Assembly (NCBI GenBank): GCA_031835245.2
Contig: JAVKOQ020000038.1
Coordinates: forward strand, 1 to 64,000
Source: Balamuthia mandrillaris
Taxonomy: Eukaryota
Length of the DNA: 64,000 nt
Direction: 5' to 3'
The notes beneath the pieces were generated by a model. That model did no database searches, was not told the DNA's origin, and saw only the letters and a program-made list of their open reading frames with translations. This document shows positions 1 to 13,129 of the stretch, in pieces. Within the stretch, counting starts at the first letter, position 1. Each line of letters opens with the position of its first letter. Made by a program: the position numbers and the translations under genes.

Positions 1-58
1 GCTTTTTTTTTTTTTCTTAAAATGCCTTTTGCTGAGATGTTTTTTGAAAAACAAAAAG

Positions 59-3057
59 GAAACGACGAGGTGTTACGGGAGCTCATTGGGGAGGTGCTTC
101 CTTCGGACTGGGCTGACCGTGAGCTTGTTCCTCGCTGTCTTTCATGGCTGCAAGACCGGTTTCCTTCTTCTCCTTCTTGCTCTTCTTCCTGTTATCGTTG
201 TTATTATTATGATATTTCCTTAGAGTATTCCTCCTTCTTGTTCTTCTTCTTCTTCTTCTTCTTCGTCTTCTTCTTGTTCTTCTTCTTCTTCTTCTTCTTC
301 TTCTTCTTCTTCTTGTTGTTGTTGTTGTTCTTGTTCTTCTTGTTCTTCTTGTTCTTCTTCTTCTTCTTCTTCTTCTTCTTCTTCTTCTTCTTCTTCTTCT
401 TCTTCTTCTTCTTCTTCTCCTCCTCCTCCTCCTCCTCCTCCTCCTTACTCTTCTTCGTTCTGACCAATCTTTTTTTCCTTCTTTCTGCTTCTTCTTCCTT
501 CTTCTTTCTTCTTCTTCTTCATCTCCTCCTCCTTATCGTGGCTGCGAAATTCTTCTCACTCATGCCTATCTATGCTGCGGTGGTTATGCTGCACAGGAAA
601 AACTCAAGAAGAGCAGCAGCGCTGCGCAGCCTGTGGCAATACGTCCAGTTCACCTGCGTTGAGCAAACCCACCGCAAGGCGTGGGCTCCATCTCACTTGG
701 TACATACACCCAGCTTTGCAGCAGCCAGCAACAACGTCTTTAACCTTGCCGAAGCCAAAGACACGGTTCCTCTTCTTCTTGCCGCTCTTCATCAATCTCT
801 TCTTCGCCAGGGTTCTTCCTCCTCTTCTTCACCACACGACAAAGCAAACAAAAAGAAAGCGTCCTCTTCTTCTTCCTCATCGGACAGAGTCACAGTTCCT
901 CTGTTCGAAACGACAAAGAAGAAGCACCAGAGACAACTAAAAGACAAGAAGGTGAATATAGCGAACGATGAGGATCGCTTGATGTCAGTGCTGGAGGAGA
1001 AGCTGTTGGCGTTGTCTCTGTTGGCGGCCTTGTCGGTGGCTTTCTCTGTGGAGACGGCGTTGGATGTGGTCGACACCTTTTTACCTGTTGTGGCACAGTT
1101 GGCGCTGACGGAAGCGTCCCAAGACGAACTGGCTGTAGGCGGAAAAGAAAGAAAGAATCAAACGAAGGACGAGGTTCAGGCAAGCGCTTTGCTGCGATGT
1201 GCGGTTCGTTTTCTTTTCTCATTCTTTTGTTCTCTGTTTCTTCGCTTTTAGCTTGTCTGGTTCTTATTCCTTGTGTTGTTCTTTATTTTGTTTTCTTTAC
1301 TTCTGTAATCCTTTCTGTATGTTTTGCGTGCTGATTGTATCAAAGGCAGTTGAACTGCACACAGAGCTGCTTTACTTGCAACTCCTGCATTTGCCATCCT
1401 CCTTCCCTCATGGCCATACTATTCACCCACGAAACCGAAAAAATGGTCCTTTGGAGCAAGCAGAACGTTTTCGACGAGCAACCAGCCGTATGGTCACTTG
1501 GGATCAACTCTACGAAGAAGCGGTGAAGCTGATTCGATTGCTTTTACACGATGAATGTTGCTCGGTTCGACGGACAGCTGTCTCCATGTTGGCCTTTTGG
1601 ATTTCTGTGTTCCCCACTGCTTTGGTGCACAGCTTCTTCAATGAGTTCGTTCCTCTCTCTCTCACTTTGTTGTTGCTTCTGTACCTTGTCCTGCTTCTTG
1701 TTTCATGTTCTCACGGTTCCAATCGTCATCATGAACAGCTTCTTTGAAGAACTGGTGGAGCTGTTGGAAGACCAAGACTTGTTCGTCAGAACGGAAGCAG
1801 GCCAGGCTTTGGCCACACTTTTGCTCCTGAACCTTGATGAAGAGGATGATGACCCAAACTCAAAGAAAGAAGCAGCAGCAGAAGAGGAGGAGGAGGAAGA
1901 AGAAGAAAGAGAGGAGCATTATTACGAAGTGGGAAGCTTTGCGTTGTTGCAAGTGGAAGAGAAAGTCAAAGAGTTGTGTTGGCAACGAGACTTCAAGTTT
2001 GACCGCAAAGGGAATGGCTTGCAGTTCAAGACATTCAAGAGGTTGAGAGAAGTGGTGAAACATTGCAGGCAGCTGGAAGAAGACCGGGAAGAAGCTCTTC
2101 GCAATGATCGAGCACAACTCACCAGGCAACAACAAACCCAAAGACCAGATGAAGAAAATGAAGGCGAAGATGAACAAGAACCAAGAAAAGTAGAAGAACA
2201 AGCAGCTCTGTGTGAGGAAGAGAGAACACCAGCAGAATTGTTCTTCCGAGAGTTGAGAGTGCCATTGACAGACACTGCTTATCTTCGGTTGCAAAAACAG
2301 TGGCATGGGGTTCTTGCCTTGCGGTGTGGCGACAAAGTGGAATGGAAAGTGAGATGGTGGAGGGGTATTGTTCAACTGCAAACCTTATCGCGGATCATTG
2401 GACCCTCACTTGCCCACTCTATAACAGTAAGTTTTCTCGCTCCTCTCGCTCCAAGTTCGACTTTTTTTAAAAAAATTCAGGCAGAGGTTCTCATCGCCCG
2501 AGTCAGAAGAATTGCTGAGAAGAGTGCGTTGGTAGTCTCATCATCCTTGGAAGACATTCCATTCAGCCCTGCTGTGAACCAAAGTATTTGGTACACACCG
2601 CCGCATACCGTACGTGCTCCCTTGTCCGTCTCTCTCTTTCTTCCCAGCTTTAATATCCTTCTCCTTCTTCATCTTCTTCTACTTTTTGCTCTTCCTCTTC
2701 CTCCTTCTTCTGCTACAGGGAAAGGGTGGCAAACGATACGGATGTCGTGGCGATCTCTCCCACTGGCAAATAGAGGACGCGTTCGTGAGCGCCCTCCAAC
2801 CTCCGCCTGGATCCTACAAGAAGAAAACGTATAACATGTACAAGTACAGCTACATGCCCTTCGGCAGGATGCACACACAAAGAACAAGCAGCCCAGTGAC
2901 ACCTCAGATAGAGCCTCAACCGAATCCGAATCGTGTAGATTCAAATGCCTCTACCTCAACAGTCGGCGCTTCGGACATTCAGGTCAACGCTCGAAAGCAA
3001 AGGAAGTATATTAATGGACATCTTGTCAATGGTGTTCGCAGTCTTACATTCGGATAA
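59..3057 (+). CDS. IFRD (interferon-related developmental regulator)-like ARM-repeat protein, probably 5'-partial, about 6 exons in window
   Basis: Window opens with an intron-like 3' end (T-run, ...caaaaag at 58). GT-AG introns at about 159-596, 1204-1345, 1645-1738, 2427-2480 and 2610-2718. Segments ELLEDQDLFVRTEAGQALA, KVKELCWQRDFKFDRKGNGLQFKTFKRL and VRWWRGIVQLQTLSRIIGPSLAH resemble the IFRD C-terminal region. Stop at 3057. Confidence 0.5.
230..520 (+). repeat. Intronic (TTC)n/(TCC)n microsatellite
   Basis: Long TTC/TTG/TCC triplet run inside the first intron. Confidence 0.95.
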
Positions 3058-3107
3058 TGTAGAGCATATGAGAACAGGTTTTATTCCTTCTCGTTTCTTT
3101 TTGCTCG

Positions 3108-4159
3108 TCATGGTGCAGTTGGCCCCTGTTCTTTTCCTTTTCCTTTTCCGTCTTTGTCTTCTTGTGCTTCTTCGTCCTTTTGGAAATGTTCCACAACGGC
3201 TCTGTGAAATATCTCTTGAATATGTGGCACTGCAAACATGTCCACATGACCAGCATCCTCCAGCTTCACAAATGTCACTTCCCTCTTCATTACCTCCAAG
3301 CACTTTGCATGGTTCTCAAAGGGCACAACCACGTCCTTATCCCCCCAAACCAACAACACTTTCACCCTCTCGTTTTCGCCAACAGCCCGAAAGGACTCCG
3401 TCAGCCCCCCAAAGTTAAAGTTGCGAACAGTGTTGATCAAGCTCTTGATGCTCATCGGATGATGCTTTGCCAGCTCCTCTCCTCTCTTCAACGTTCTTTC
3501 CAGGTGCTGCTTGGCTCCCTCTCTCCCCGCAACATCAAAGTAGGAGCGAGAGGCTGCCTCTGCAATGCTCTTTTTGGAGGCCATGGAGAGCAGAGCCTCC
3601 CCCATGCCCGGAACTTTGATCACCATGGTGTGCAAAGCGTTGGAGGGCATTGGCAGCCCAGCAGGACATACCAACACCAACTTTTTCACGAGCTCAGGGT
3701 GAAGGTGCGTGAAGCGAGTGGCGATGGCACCACCCATGGAGCTGCCTATGAGATAGATGCTGGTCACGCTCTGGTGCGCCGTGAGTGGAGCAACGCCCAA
3801 CAAAAGCTCTGCCAGCTGGGAGGTGAAGAGGTGAACGTCGTTGTGGACGTGTTTGTCCGCGCTGTCACTCCAGCCGCGGCCATAAAAGTCCGGGAGGAGG
3901 CATTGAAACCCCAGAGGGAGAAGATGGTCTTGCACGAGAGGCAGGTAGGCGGCTCCTTCCGCGCTTATGCCGTGCAGACAGACGACCAACGGCAGAGCTC
4001 GTTCCGCGCTTCCCAGCAAGCGATAGTGAACCTTTTGGTGTTCGTTCGAGTAAGCAGAACACCAGGGTTCACAAGGAAACGTACCCTGCCGTAGCTGCAC
4101 TGGAAAAAGCTACCCGGAGCTCTAGAACACATTTCCTCAGAGGGCCGAAGGGAAGCCAT
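3108..4159 (-). CDS. Alpha/beta-hydrolase (Ser nucleophile), 2 exons
   Basis: ATG 4159; ~50-nt intron (about 4033-4083) joins CSYGR to VHYRLLG. Motifs: VVCLHG, DFYGRGWSD, GSSMGG (GxSxG), WGDKDVVVP (Asp), DAGH (His). Confidence 0.9.
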
Positions 4160-4347
4160 TGCGCCCTTCTTGCAGAATCGGCTGATAAAAGCTTCTTTTC
4201 TTTGGTGAAACGTCGTTTCATGTCGACGCCGCGCAACCGTGCTTTAGGTCACCTGAAATTTCATGTCGTCGCGGAATATTCGAAAAAAGGCGAATAAAAA
4301 AGAAAAACAAAAAAAAGAAAAAGAAAATAGTTGAAGTAACGCCAAAC

Positions 4348-5939
4348 ATGAAGCTCGTCCCTCTGCTGCTGCTGCTCCTCCTCCTCCTTCCCCTTTGCAC
4401 TCCTTTCCATGCATCCCCACAAGAACCCGTTTCTCCCCGTGGTGGTAGCTACCACCACCTCCTCAACCAAGACTCGCCCCTGCCCATGCTCTCCCTCGTC
4501 ACGGACTCGCATTACTCCTTCGGCTTCCAGCTGGGCCGAACCTTCCAATCCCGAATCAAACAATTTCTTGCCGACTATCCCACGCTGCAAAAAACGCTGG
4601 TGCCCTTCGTCCAGACCCCTCAGGGCAGATCCGCCTTCGATCAATTCGTGTCGACAGCGGCCGCCGCTTACCCCGACTACCTGGAGGAGCTGCGCGGGCT
4701 TTCGGAGGGGGCTCAGGTGCCCCTCTCTTTGGTCCTGCTGCTCAACCTGCGGCCGGAGCTCACGGGCCTCATCAATGAGCAGAAGAAAGAGGTGGTGACG
4801 GTCCAGGATGAGGACGCCTCCTGCACGGACGTCTACCTGCGCACCGAGAGGCTGCTGATGGACGCTCACAACGAGGATGGCAGCCCGTACATCAGGCCCT
4901 CTGCCTACCTGGTCAACGTCACGTTGGTGGAGCCCGCTCCCTCTCCCTCCTCCTCCTCCTCCTCCTACTTGGCGATCGGCCGGAAGAAGGAGGAAAGGTT
5001 TGTGGTGAGGGAGAGATGGATCGCTTATGCCTATCCAGGGGTGCTGCCTGGCAATGCCTTCGCCTTCAACGGGAACGGCGTCACCATCACCATGAATGCG
5101 CTCTACCCTGTGAACATCAGTCGGACTGGTCTGGGAAGGTACATAGCTTACTTTACTTTCTTGTTTTCTGTTTTGGAACATCGCTAACACCTCTTTTCAA
5201 ACAAACAAACAAATAATAGAGCATTCGTCAACAGAGATGTGCTTCGAGCTAAGAACCTGAAAGATGCCCTGCGAAGAGCCATCCCAGAAGACAGCGCGAC
5301 GGGGTTCAGCATTAACATCGGCTCTATCCCGGAGCAACGTTTAATGAATGTCGAAACATCGCCACAAACGTTTTCTGTACATAATCCTCGTTGCTCTTTC
5401 TCGTTCTATCTCATCTCCTCTTCTCTTCTGTTCTATCTTCCATTCTCTCGTCTCGTTCTCTTCTTATCTACGCACTTATGAATCCACGTGAACAGCTCTA
5501 TGAAATAAACGGTAACTACTCCCACGAAAACATGTACAAGAGGGTAAACATCACGCAGCACAACGACCCCAGTTCCCGCCATCGCCTGAAGAGGCTGAAC
5601 GAAATGCCACCTCCTGCCAACATGAAAGACCTACTGGCAGCACTTGGTGATGAAGAAGACAAAGATTATCCTATTTATCGTACCGCTACTCCCCCTGATA
5701 CCGCTGTCACCGTGGTGCGTTCTCTCTCGTTCTTTCTCTGCCTTTTTTACTTTTTTGAGTTTTGTTCCTCCTCTTTGCTCTTTCTTGGTGTGCTCCCTTG
5801 GCGTCTTCTCTGTTTTAATACAAAAACAAAAAACAAAAAGGCAACCGGAGCACTTGACTTGAAAGCAAAGACCATGGCGGTCTACATCGACAACCCAAAG
5901 ACCAGCGATCCCTTCCTCGTGTTAGACATGGACATCTAA
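4348..5939 (+). CDS. Secreted peptidase C45 / Ntn-hydrolase (acyl-CoA:6-APA acyltransferase / tan-like), 4 exons
   Basis: Signal peptide MKLVPLLLLLLL; YPDYLEELRGLSEGA; Ntn Cys in AS-CTD; AHNEDG; YPGVLPGNAF; GFSINIGS; SSRHR..RL; LGDEEDKDYPIY. Introns at about 5139-5219, 5378-5496 and 5715-5840. Confidence 0.88.
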
Positions 5940-6145
5940 TCCTTTTTCTGCATCTTTTCTTTGATCTGCTTTCGCTAACGCAATCAAAGTTATATAAATA
6001 GACTTAGAATTGCAATAGACTTTCATTAATTTAACTTCTGTAGCTGAACCCCAAAACGCATTATAAGCCTCGGTAATGTTATCGAGTACCTGAACTCTCT
6101 TTTGTTGCCTTGCAAGTGGTTACGAAGCCAAAAAAGATAGGGAGG

Positions 6146-6675
6146 ATGGCACCTACCAACAATTTCCCAGATGTAACGCTTCTCCAACGCCGCTTCTCCT
6201 CGCTTATGCTCTTCTTGCTCCTCCTTCATTTTCTCTGTGCTCCAACCTTTACCGACTCAACGTCCATCGAGGGAGAAACGTACTTGGCGGAGTGGCCGGA
6301 CGAAGGCCCCTCCCTTCGTCTCTACCCCAAGAGCCCCACCACTGGGGAGGCCATAAAGGAGGAATACTTTGGGTGGGACGTTTTGGGCTTTCAGGAGAAA
6401 GTTTTGTGCAATTGCTGTCGGGACGCCACGTTGGGCATGAAGGTGCTCTCCTGCGACGACGACCTGCCGGAAGGTATGAGTCCCCTTGTGGACCTGCGCC
6501 AGAACGCAACTTGGACGTTGGAGGAGCTTATCCCAGTAAAGAAAATCAGTTGGACCACAAACAACTTTGCCGGTGGGGCCATCATGCAGTTCGTTTTTGA
6601 AGACTTGAATGAAGATCTCAGCGTGAACATGACGTTTGTTTCCCCCTTTCTTCTCCCTCTCTCGATAGTTCTCTG

Positions 6676-6707
<32 letters not shown>

Positions 6708-7557
6708 CTCGCTCCCGCACTTCTCTTCTCGTCTCTCTTTCCCTCAGACAACCTGGAAGCTGACCACTAGCGTATCAAAGAAACGGCAACATGACAAGAG
6801 CGTTGAACTTCGCCAAAGGGGGGTTGAAGTTCACGGTGCGCTTCGAAAACTACTCTCCTATGCTGTTCAACATAACGGAGGAGCCGGATCGTTACTTTGG
6901 AATGACCGTTCGTAACCGTTTCTATTTGTCGCGCCCAGTGGTTAGCACTATAGAATTGGGAGTGTTCGGTCTTGGAGGCGTTCCTACGCAGTATCAAATA
7001 CCGGTCGTCATACAGACCCAAGAAGAACCGTTCCTGAAAGCTTCCTTCGCTCAGGTCAGTTGTTTTTTGTCGTTTCTTCTTGTTGTTTTCTTTCTTTTGC
7101 CTCCATCCACCCGCCAGGTTCTATTTCTTTACCGACTCACTTTCTCTTTCTTCTTTGTTTCTCTGTTCAGACCACCTTTTCGGTTCAAGACCCACCAAGC
7201 GCCTCCAAAGAACTCCTTCCCCAGGCAGAATGGGGCTTTGAATCGCTGGACGCCGTTCAGCGTGATATGTATATAGTGGATGGAGAGATATATGGCCAAG
7301 AGTTTGAGCTTGTGTTTGCTGGCGCGCGTTCGGTCTACTACGATCCAGACCTTAGCGTTGTTCTGGAACCAACGGACGCAGAGGATGGCGAAAAAGAGGA
7401 CGGAGGTGAGGACTTGAGGTTGCCCATCGCGTTGAGTATTTCGTTGGCAGTGGTCTTGGTTGCGATGGCAGTGGTGATAGGTATAGTGTGGCGTGCTCGC
7501 AGTAACAAGAAGGAAAGGCGGAACAGCATCGCAACGCAGGAAACAGTTAACTTTTGA
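6146..7557 (+). CDS. Type I membrane protein, tandem array copy 1 (signal peptide, CxCC loop, beta-sandwich ectodomain, TM, tail ending VNF), 3 exons
   Basis: Exons about 6146-6634, 6781-7054 and 7171-7557. EGETYLAEWPDEGPSLRLYPK, FQEKVLCNCCR, YYDPDLSVVL, TM LPIALSISLAVVLVAMAVVIGIVW, tail RRNSIATQETVNF. Obvious paralogy with the next three genes. Confidence 0.88.
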
Positions 7558-7897
7558 TACAACCAAGGTTTCTATCTTTATCTTCTGCGTTTCACCAAAG
7601 TGGAGAGAGAGAGAGAGAGAGAGAGAGAGGAAGAGAGAAGAACAACAAACAACTAAACTTGCTTCTAACCAGCATCCCGTTTTGAACAAGCACTTTACAT
7701 GAAAAACTAAGCGAACAGAGGAAACCAACCTCAAGTCCTCAAACGAACTCCGATCTCAACCAATGTAACCGTAGAGATTCTTATGGCTCATAATTATGTT
7801 GTTAATAAGCTTATCATTTACGGGGGCTGGTCTTTTGTTGTTGCAGACGAGGTTGGAAGAAAGTTTTCTTTGCGTTCTTGAGAAGAGGACAACAACA

Positions 7898-9401
7898 ATG
7901 GTTTGTAGGCGTGATAATATACCAATGCCTGTCCGCTTGTTGCGGCAAAGATTCAAACCGATGATAACCCTCTCTTCCCTCTCACAACATCTGTTTTTCA
8001 TTTCCGTGGTGGTTCTGCTAACTGCTGCTTTAAGCGGAGCTGCCGCGGCGGTAGCGTCCATGGACGGGGAGAGCTACCTGGCGGAGTGGCCGGAGGAAGG
8101 CCCCTCTCTGCGGCTCTTCCCCAAAAACCAAAAGAGCGGAGAGGTCATCCGAGAGGAATTCTTTGGGCTGGACGTGCTGGGCTTTCAGGAGAAGGTTCTC
8201 TGCTATTGCTGCCGAGAGACCACCCTGGGCTTCCATGTGGTCTCCTGCGATGAAAATACAGCAGAAGGATTGGGTCCGTTTGTGGACTTTCGGAATGTGA
8301 CTTGGAAGTTGGAGGTGCACGAACCAGGGAAGAACCTCAGCTGGACCACTTCGGACTTTTGGGGAGAGGCAGTGCTGAGGTACACTTTTGAGGACCTCTC
8401 CGAGGACCGCACCGTACACATGAGGTTCGTTGTTTTTCTCTCCCTCGCTTGTTCTTCTCGGTGTACTCATGTTTGCCCGCAGCAATGGGAACACAACCAG
8501 AACGCTGAACTTCAAGAAAGGGGGAGCCAAGTTCACCATCAGCTTCGACAATTACTCCCCTCTTCTCTTCAACATCACGGAAGAACCGGATCGTTACTTT
8601 GGCATCACCACCCTGAGTCGCTTCTTCTTGTCAAGGCCGGTGACCAACACTTCCGAGCTGGGAGTGTTCAATCTGGACGGCGTGCCATCAGCGTACCAAA
8701 TACCATTGGCCATTAGAACGAAGGACGAGCCCATTTTGGAGGCCTCCTTTGCTCAGGTTGTAAACTCTTTTTGGTTCACTTTCAACCCTTCATTTTTTGT
8801 TTTGGCCTTATTGTTTTCATTCGTTCTTTCAATCTCGCCTAGGTTTTTCTTCTTCTTCATCTTCTTCTACTTCTTCTTCTTCTTGTTCTCCTTCTTCTTC
8901 TTCTTCTTCTTCTTCTTCTTCTTCTTCTTCTTCTTCTTCTTCTTCTTCATATATAGCATTCCTCTCTCCTTCTCTTTCATCCAATACTAACAATCTTTTG
9001 CATGTCCATTGTTTCAGACCATTTTCTCATTGCAAGATCCACCAAGTGGCTCGCGTGAAACACTCCACCCATCGGAATGGGGCTTCGAAAACATAGATGC
9101 CCTCCAACGAGACCTGTACTATGTGAACGGAGAGATCCACGGTCAATACATCGAGTTGCTCTTCGCTGGAGCTCATTCTGTCTTCTACGACCCTGACCTC
9201 AGCATCCTGTTGGAAACATCAGAAGAGGACGGCGGAAAAGACGAGGAGGAGGAGGATTTGGCGTTTCCAATCGCGTTCAGCATTACAGTCGCCTTTGTTA
9301 TAGTTTTCATGGCCGTGTCGGGTGCTCTCTTTTGGCGGCATCACCAGAACAAAAAGGACAGGCGACTTAGCGTGGCAAGTGAAGCATCAGTTAACTTTTA
9401 A
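7898..9401 (+). CDS. Type I membrane protein, tandem array copy 2, 3 exons
   Basis: Same exon structure as copy 1; DGESYLAEWPEEGPSLRLFPK, VLCYCCR, FYDPDLSILL, TM, tail RRLSVASEASVNF. Start codon uncertain (7898, 7925 or 7961). Confidence 0.87.
8845..8949 (+). repeat. Intronic (TTC)n microsatellite
   Basis: TTC run in intron 2 of array copy 2. Confidence 0.92.
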
Positions 9402-9592
9402 TCCCAAACGCAAGGCGGAGGCACAGTCCCCCTACCATGAACAGCCAAAGACGCAGTTGCACTATTTATAAGAAGCTTTGTAATTAATATAGCGTCTTTA
9501 AAAAAGGGTGTCGTTAGTTGCACACCGCATAGTGAGATTGTTGATTTCTCTTCAGCACAACCAACCAAGGACTACGCCGTACCAGAGCCTAG

Positions 9593-10474
9593 ATGATGCC
9601 TCTTCGCGCGTTGGGGACATGCCTCAGCTGTGCGATGCTGTATTTACTTCTTCTTACTTCGGTACCCTTGGCCCCATCGGCTTTAAGCAAAGCGGCGGCG
9701 GTCCCATACCTCGAAGGGGAGAGCTATCGGGCGGAATGGCTGGAAGAAGGACCTTCCGTACGGCTCTTCCCCAAAAGCCAAAAGAGCGGGGAGGTCATCC
9801 GAGAGGAATTCTTTGGGCTGGACGTGCTGGGCTTTCAGGAGAAGGTTCTCTGCTATTGCTGCCGAGAAACCACGCTGGGCTTCCATGTTGTCAACTGCCA
9901 TGATTATGCGAAGGAAGGATTGGGCCCGTTTGTGGACTTTCGGAATGTGACTTGGAAGTTGGAGGTGCACGAACCAGGGAAGAACCTCAGCTGGACCACT
10001 TCGGACTTTTGGGAGAGGCAGTGCTGAGGTACACTTTTGAGGACCTCTCCGAGGACAGGATTGTTAATATGAGGTAAGTGAGGTTTTTTTTCTTCCCTTC
10101 TGTTTATTTACTATGCCGCTGTTAAACTCGCGTTCTTCCACAGCAATGGGAACACAACCAGAACGCTGAACTTCAAGAAAGGGGGAGTCAAGTTCACCAT
10201 CAGCTTCGACAATTACTCCCCTCTTCTCTTCAACATCACGGAAGAACCGGATCGTTACTTTGGCATCACCACCCTGAACCGCTTCCTTTTGTCAAGGCCG
10301 GTGACCAACACTTCCGAGCTGGGAGTGTTCAACCTGGATGATGTGCCATCAGCGTATCAAATACCATTGGCCATTCGAACGAAGGACGAGCCCATTTTGA
10401 AAGCTTCCTTCGCTCTGGTTTGTCTAGCAATCTTCTTCTTTCATATCGCTTTTTTTATCTTCTCTTTCTGTCAG

Positions 10475-10507
<33 letters not shown>

Positions 10508-10986
10508 TCTGTCTCTCACTCTCTCACTCTCTCACTCTCTCCTTATTCTTTGTCTCTGCCTTCGTTCAACTCTTACAATCCTCTTTCATATTTCAGACCA
10601 TGTTCTCATTACAAGACCCACCAAGCGCCTCCCGCGAACTCCTCCACCCACCTGAATGGGGCTTTGAAAACGTAGACGCGGTTCAACGAGACCTGTACTA
10701 TGTGAACGGGGAGATTCACGGTCAATACATCGAGTTGATCTTCGCTGGAGCTCGTTCTGTCTTCTACGACCCTGACCTCAGCATTCTGTTGGGGTCATCA
10801 GAAGAAGAACAAGCAGAAGAAGGGAGGGACGCCGATGACGGAGAGGACGTTACCTTGCCAGTCGCGTTGAGCATTACAGCGGTGGCTGTGATAGCCATTT
10901 TAGCCGTTTTGGGTGGTTTCATGTGGCGTCGGTATTACCGCCGATGTAGAAGAAGTGTTGCTGCTGAATCATCCGTGAACTTTTAG
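9593..10986 (+). pseudogene. Tandem array copy 3 with a 1-nt frameshift near 10011 (pseudogene or homopolymer sequencing error)
   Basis: Copy 2 reads ttttGGGGagaggc and copy 3 reads ttttGGGagaggc, giving a premature stop at 10027. Downstream exons are intact: YDPDLSILL, TM, tail RRSVAAESSVNF. Confidence 0.7.
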
Positions 10987-11624
10987 GAGCACGGAGAGTA
11001 ACGAAGTTAAAGGCTGCCCGATGAAACGTGCTATAGGCAAGCAAAGGAAATAAACATTTGCAGACGCACTCCCTGAAGGGGCTTTGCAAATAACAGTAAA
11101 GACGTTGTTTATGTGTGGTTTCCGAAACCATTTGTTTGTGCGTTTTCCTGCTGGTCCCACCCACGAGTAAGCGTGTGGGACGGCGTGCTAGCCACCAGGT
11201 GGCAATTCTTTTCTTCCGTCGTTGCGTCTCGGGGTCTCTCCTCAGCCTGCTTTGCAGCCACCGTCGTCCTTCTTCCATCCCCTCCTTTTGCTTTTGGTGT
11301 AACTCATTGGCTTCATGGGAAGTATATATTAATTGTGCTTTAATACATACAATTATGCGGTAGCTCGACGATGGCCGTATCTTGATGATGTTGTTGCACG
11401 ACTGACGACTATAACAAAAAAAAAACAAGGAAGGAGGACCGAAACGTTGGTGCCTCTGGCATTTGTGTTGGTTTTGTTCCTATTTAGTTGGCCCGGAAAG
11501 CAGCCAAAAGGAGAAGCCAGATTCACCCGATTGCTGCCACGTGCTAACGCAATTCAGGTAACTTCACGGTTGGCCTTTAGCTGTTATTTCACAGCTACCA
11601 AGGCAAGCAACAACCACAACAACC

Positions 11625-13105
11625 ATGAACAGAGACCACAGTGTAATGCGTCTCCCAGGCCTGCGGGAGAACAATCGCCTCCTTTCGTTGGCGTTTGGCG
11701 TTCTCTTCCTTGTTTCGTCACACGCCCCAACAGTTTTAGCCAAAGCTGCGGTGCCCTACGTCGAAGGAGAATCATACTTGGCGGAGTGGCCGGAGGAAGG
11801 CCCCTCCCTTCGCCTCTACCCCAAAGACCCAAAAACCGGGGCAGTCATCAGAGAGGAGTTCTTCGGAATGGATGTGCTCGGCTTTCAAGAAAAGGTACTG
11901 TGCGCATGTTGCCGAGAGACCACTTTGGGCTTCTCGGTGGTCAATTGCAACGACTTTGCCGAAGAAGGCTTGGGTCCGCTGGTGGATTTACGTAACGTGA
12001 CTTGGACGATAGAGGAGCACGAACCGGGGAGACACATCACTTGGACCACGTCTAACTTTTCTGGTGAGGCGGTCCTGAAGTACACATTTGAAGATCTGTT
12101 TGAGGAACGGCTCGTCAACATTAGGTTCGGCTCTCTTTCTTTCTTGTCTTTTATTATCTGTATTTATTCGTTTTGTGTGCCTTTCTCTATCATGTTTCTG
12201 CTCACCGTGTTCGCTCCTTTGCTGATAAAATACAAACAAACAGCAACGGAAACACAACAAGAACGATAGGTTTTAACAAAGGAAGGATGAAGTTCACCAT
12301 CACCTTCGACAACTACTCCCCTCTCATGTTCAACGTCACGGAAGAACCCGACCGCTACTTTGGGCTTACCATCATGAAACGTTTCTTCTTGTCTCGTCCG
12401 GTCACCTACTCCCCGCTGTTGGGCGTGTTCGGGCTTGATGGGACGCCGTCTGAGTACCAAATACCGTTGGCCATACAAACTGCCGACGAACCCGTCCTGA
12501 AAGCTTCCTTTGCGCAGGTCTTATTGTTACTTGTGGTTTCTTTGTGTTCTATCGCTCTCGCTTGCTGTTCTGTTCGTTTCTTTGTGTTCGTTCATTGCTT
12601 CCTTCTTGACTCTTATCGGCCTTTCGTCCCTTCGTTTGTACCTTTTCAGACCATGTTCTCGGTGCAAGATCCACCGAGCGCATCGCAGGTTCTCCTCCCC
12701 AAGGCTGAGTGGGGCTTTGAAAACCTGGATGCGGTTCAACGAGACCTGTACTATGTGAATGGAGAGATTCACGGTCAAAACATAGAGCTCGTCTTTGCTG
12801 GAGCCCGTTACGTCTTCTACGATCCTGATATCAGCATTCTGTTGGGGTCACCGGAAGAAGACGGGGCCGACGGGGACGCCGACACGGCTGAAGACGGAGC
12901 AATAGATGCTGCCTCTTCTAGCTCTGGACCAAACCGCAACGATGAGGATGAAGACGTAGACGTGGCCTTGCCCATAGCCTTGAGCGTCACCGGTGCAGCA
13001 ATTGTTATTTTGCTCGCTGTGGCGGGAGCACTGTTTGTGCGCTATCACCGCAACAGAAGAGAAAGAAGACGCAGCATAGCCCTCGAAGAAACGGTTAACT
13101 TCTAA
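11625..13105 (+). CDS. Type I membrane protein, tandem array copy 4, 3 exons
   Basis: EGESYLAEWPEEGPSLRLYPK, VLCACCR, FYDPDISILL, longer acidic stalk, TM, tail RRRSIALEETVNF. Introns at about 12126-12243 and 12518-12649. Confidence 0.88.
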
Positions 13106-13129
13106 TAATAAATAAGCAACCAAGCAACA

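Noticed and set aside
22..600. Poly-Phe 'transmembrane' segment in ORF 22..1251
   Set aside because: Lies in a GT-AG intron filled with (TTC)n.
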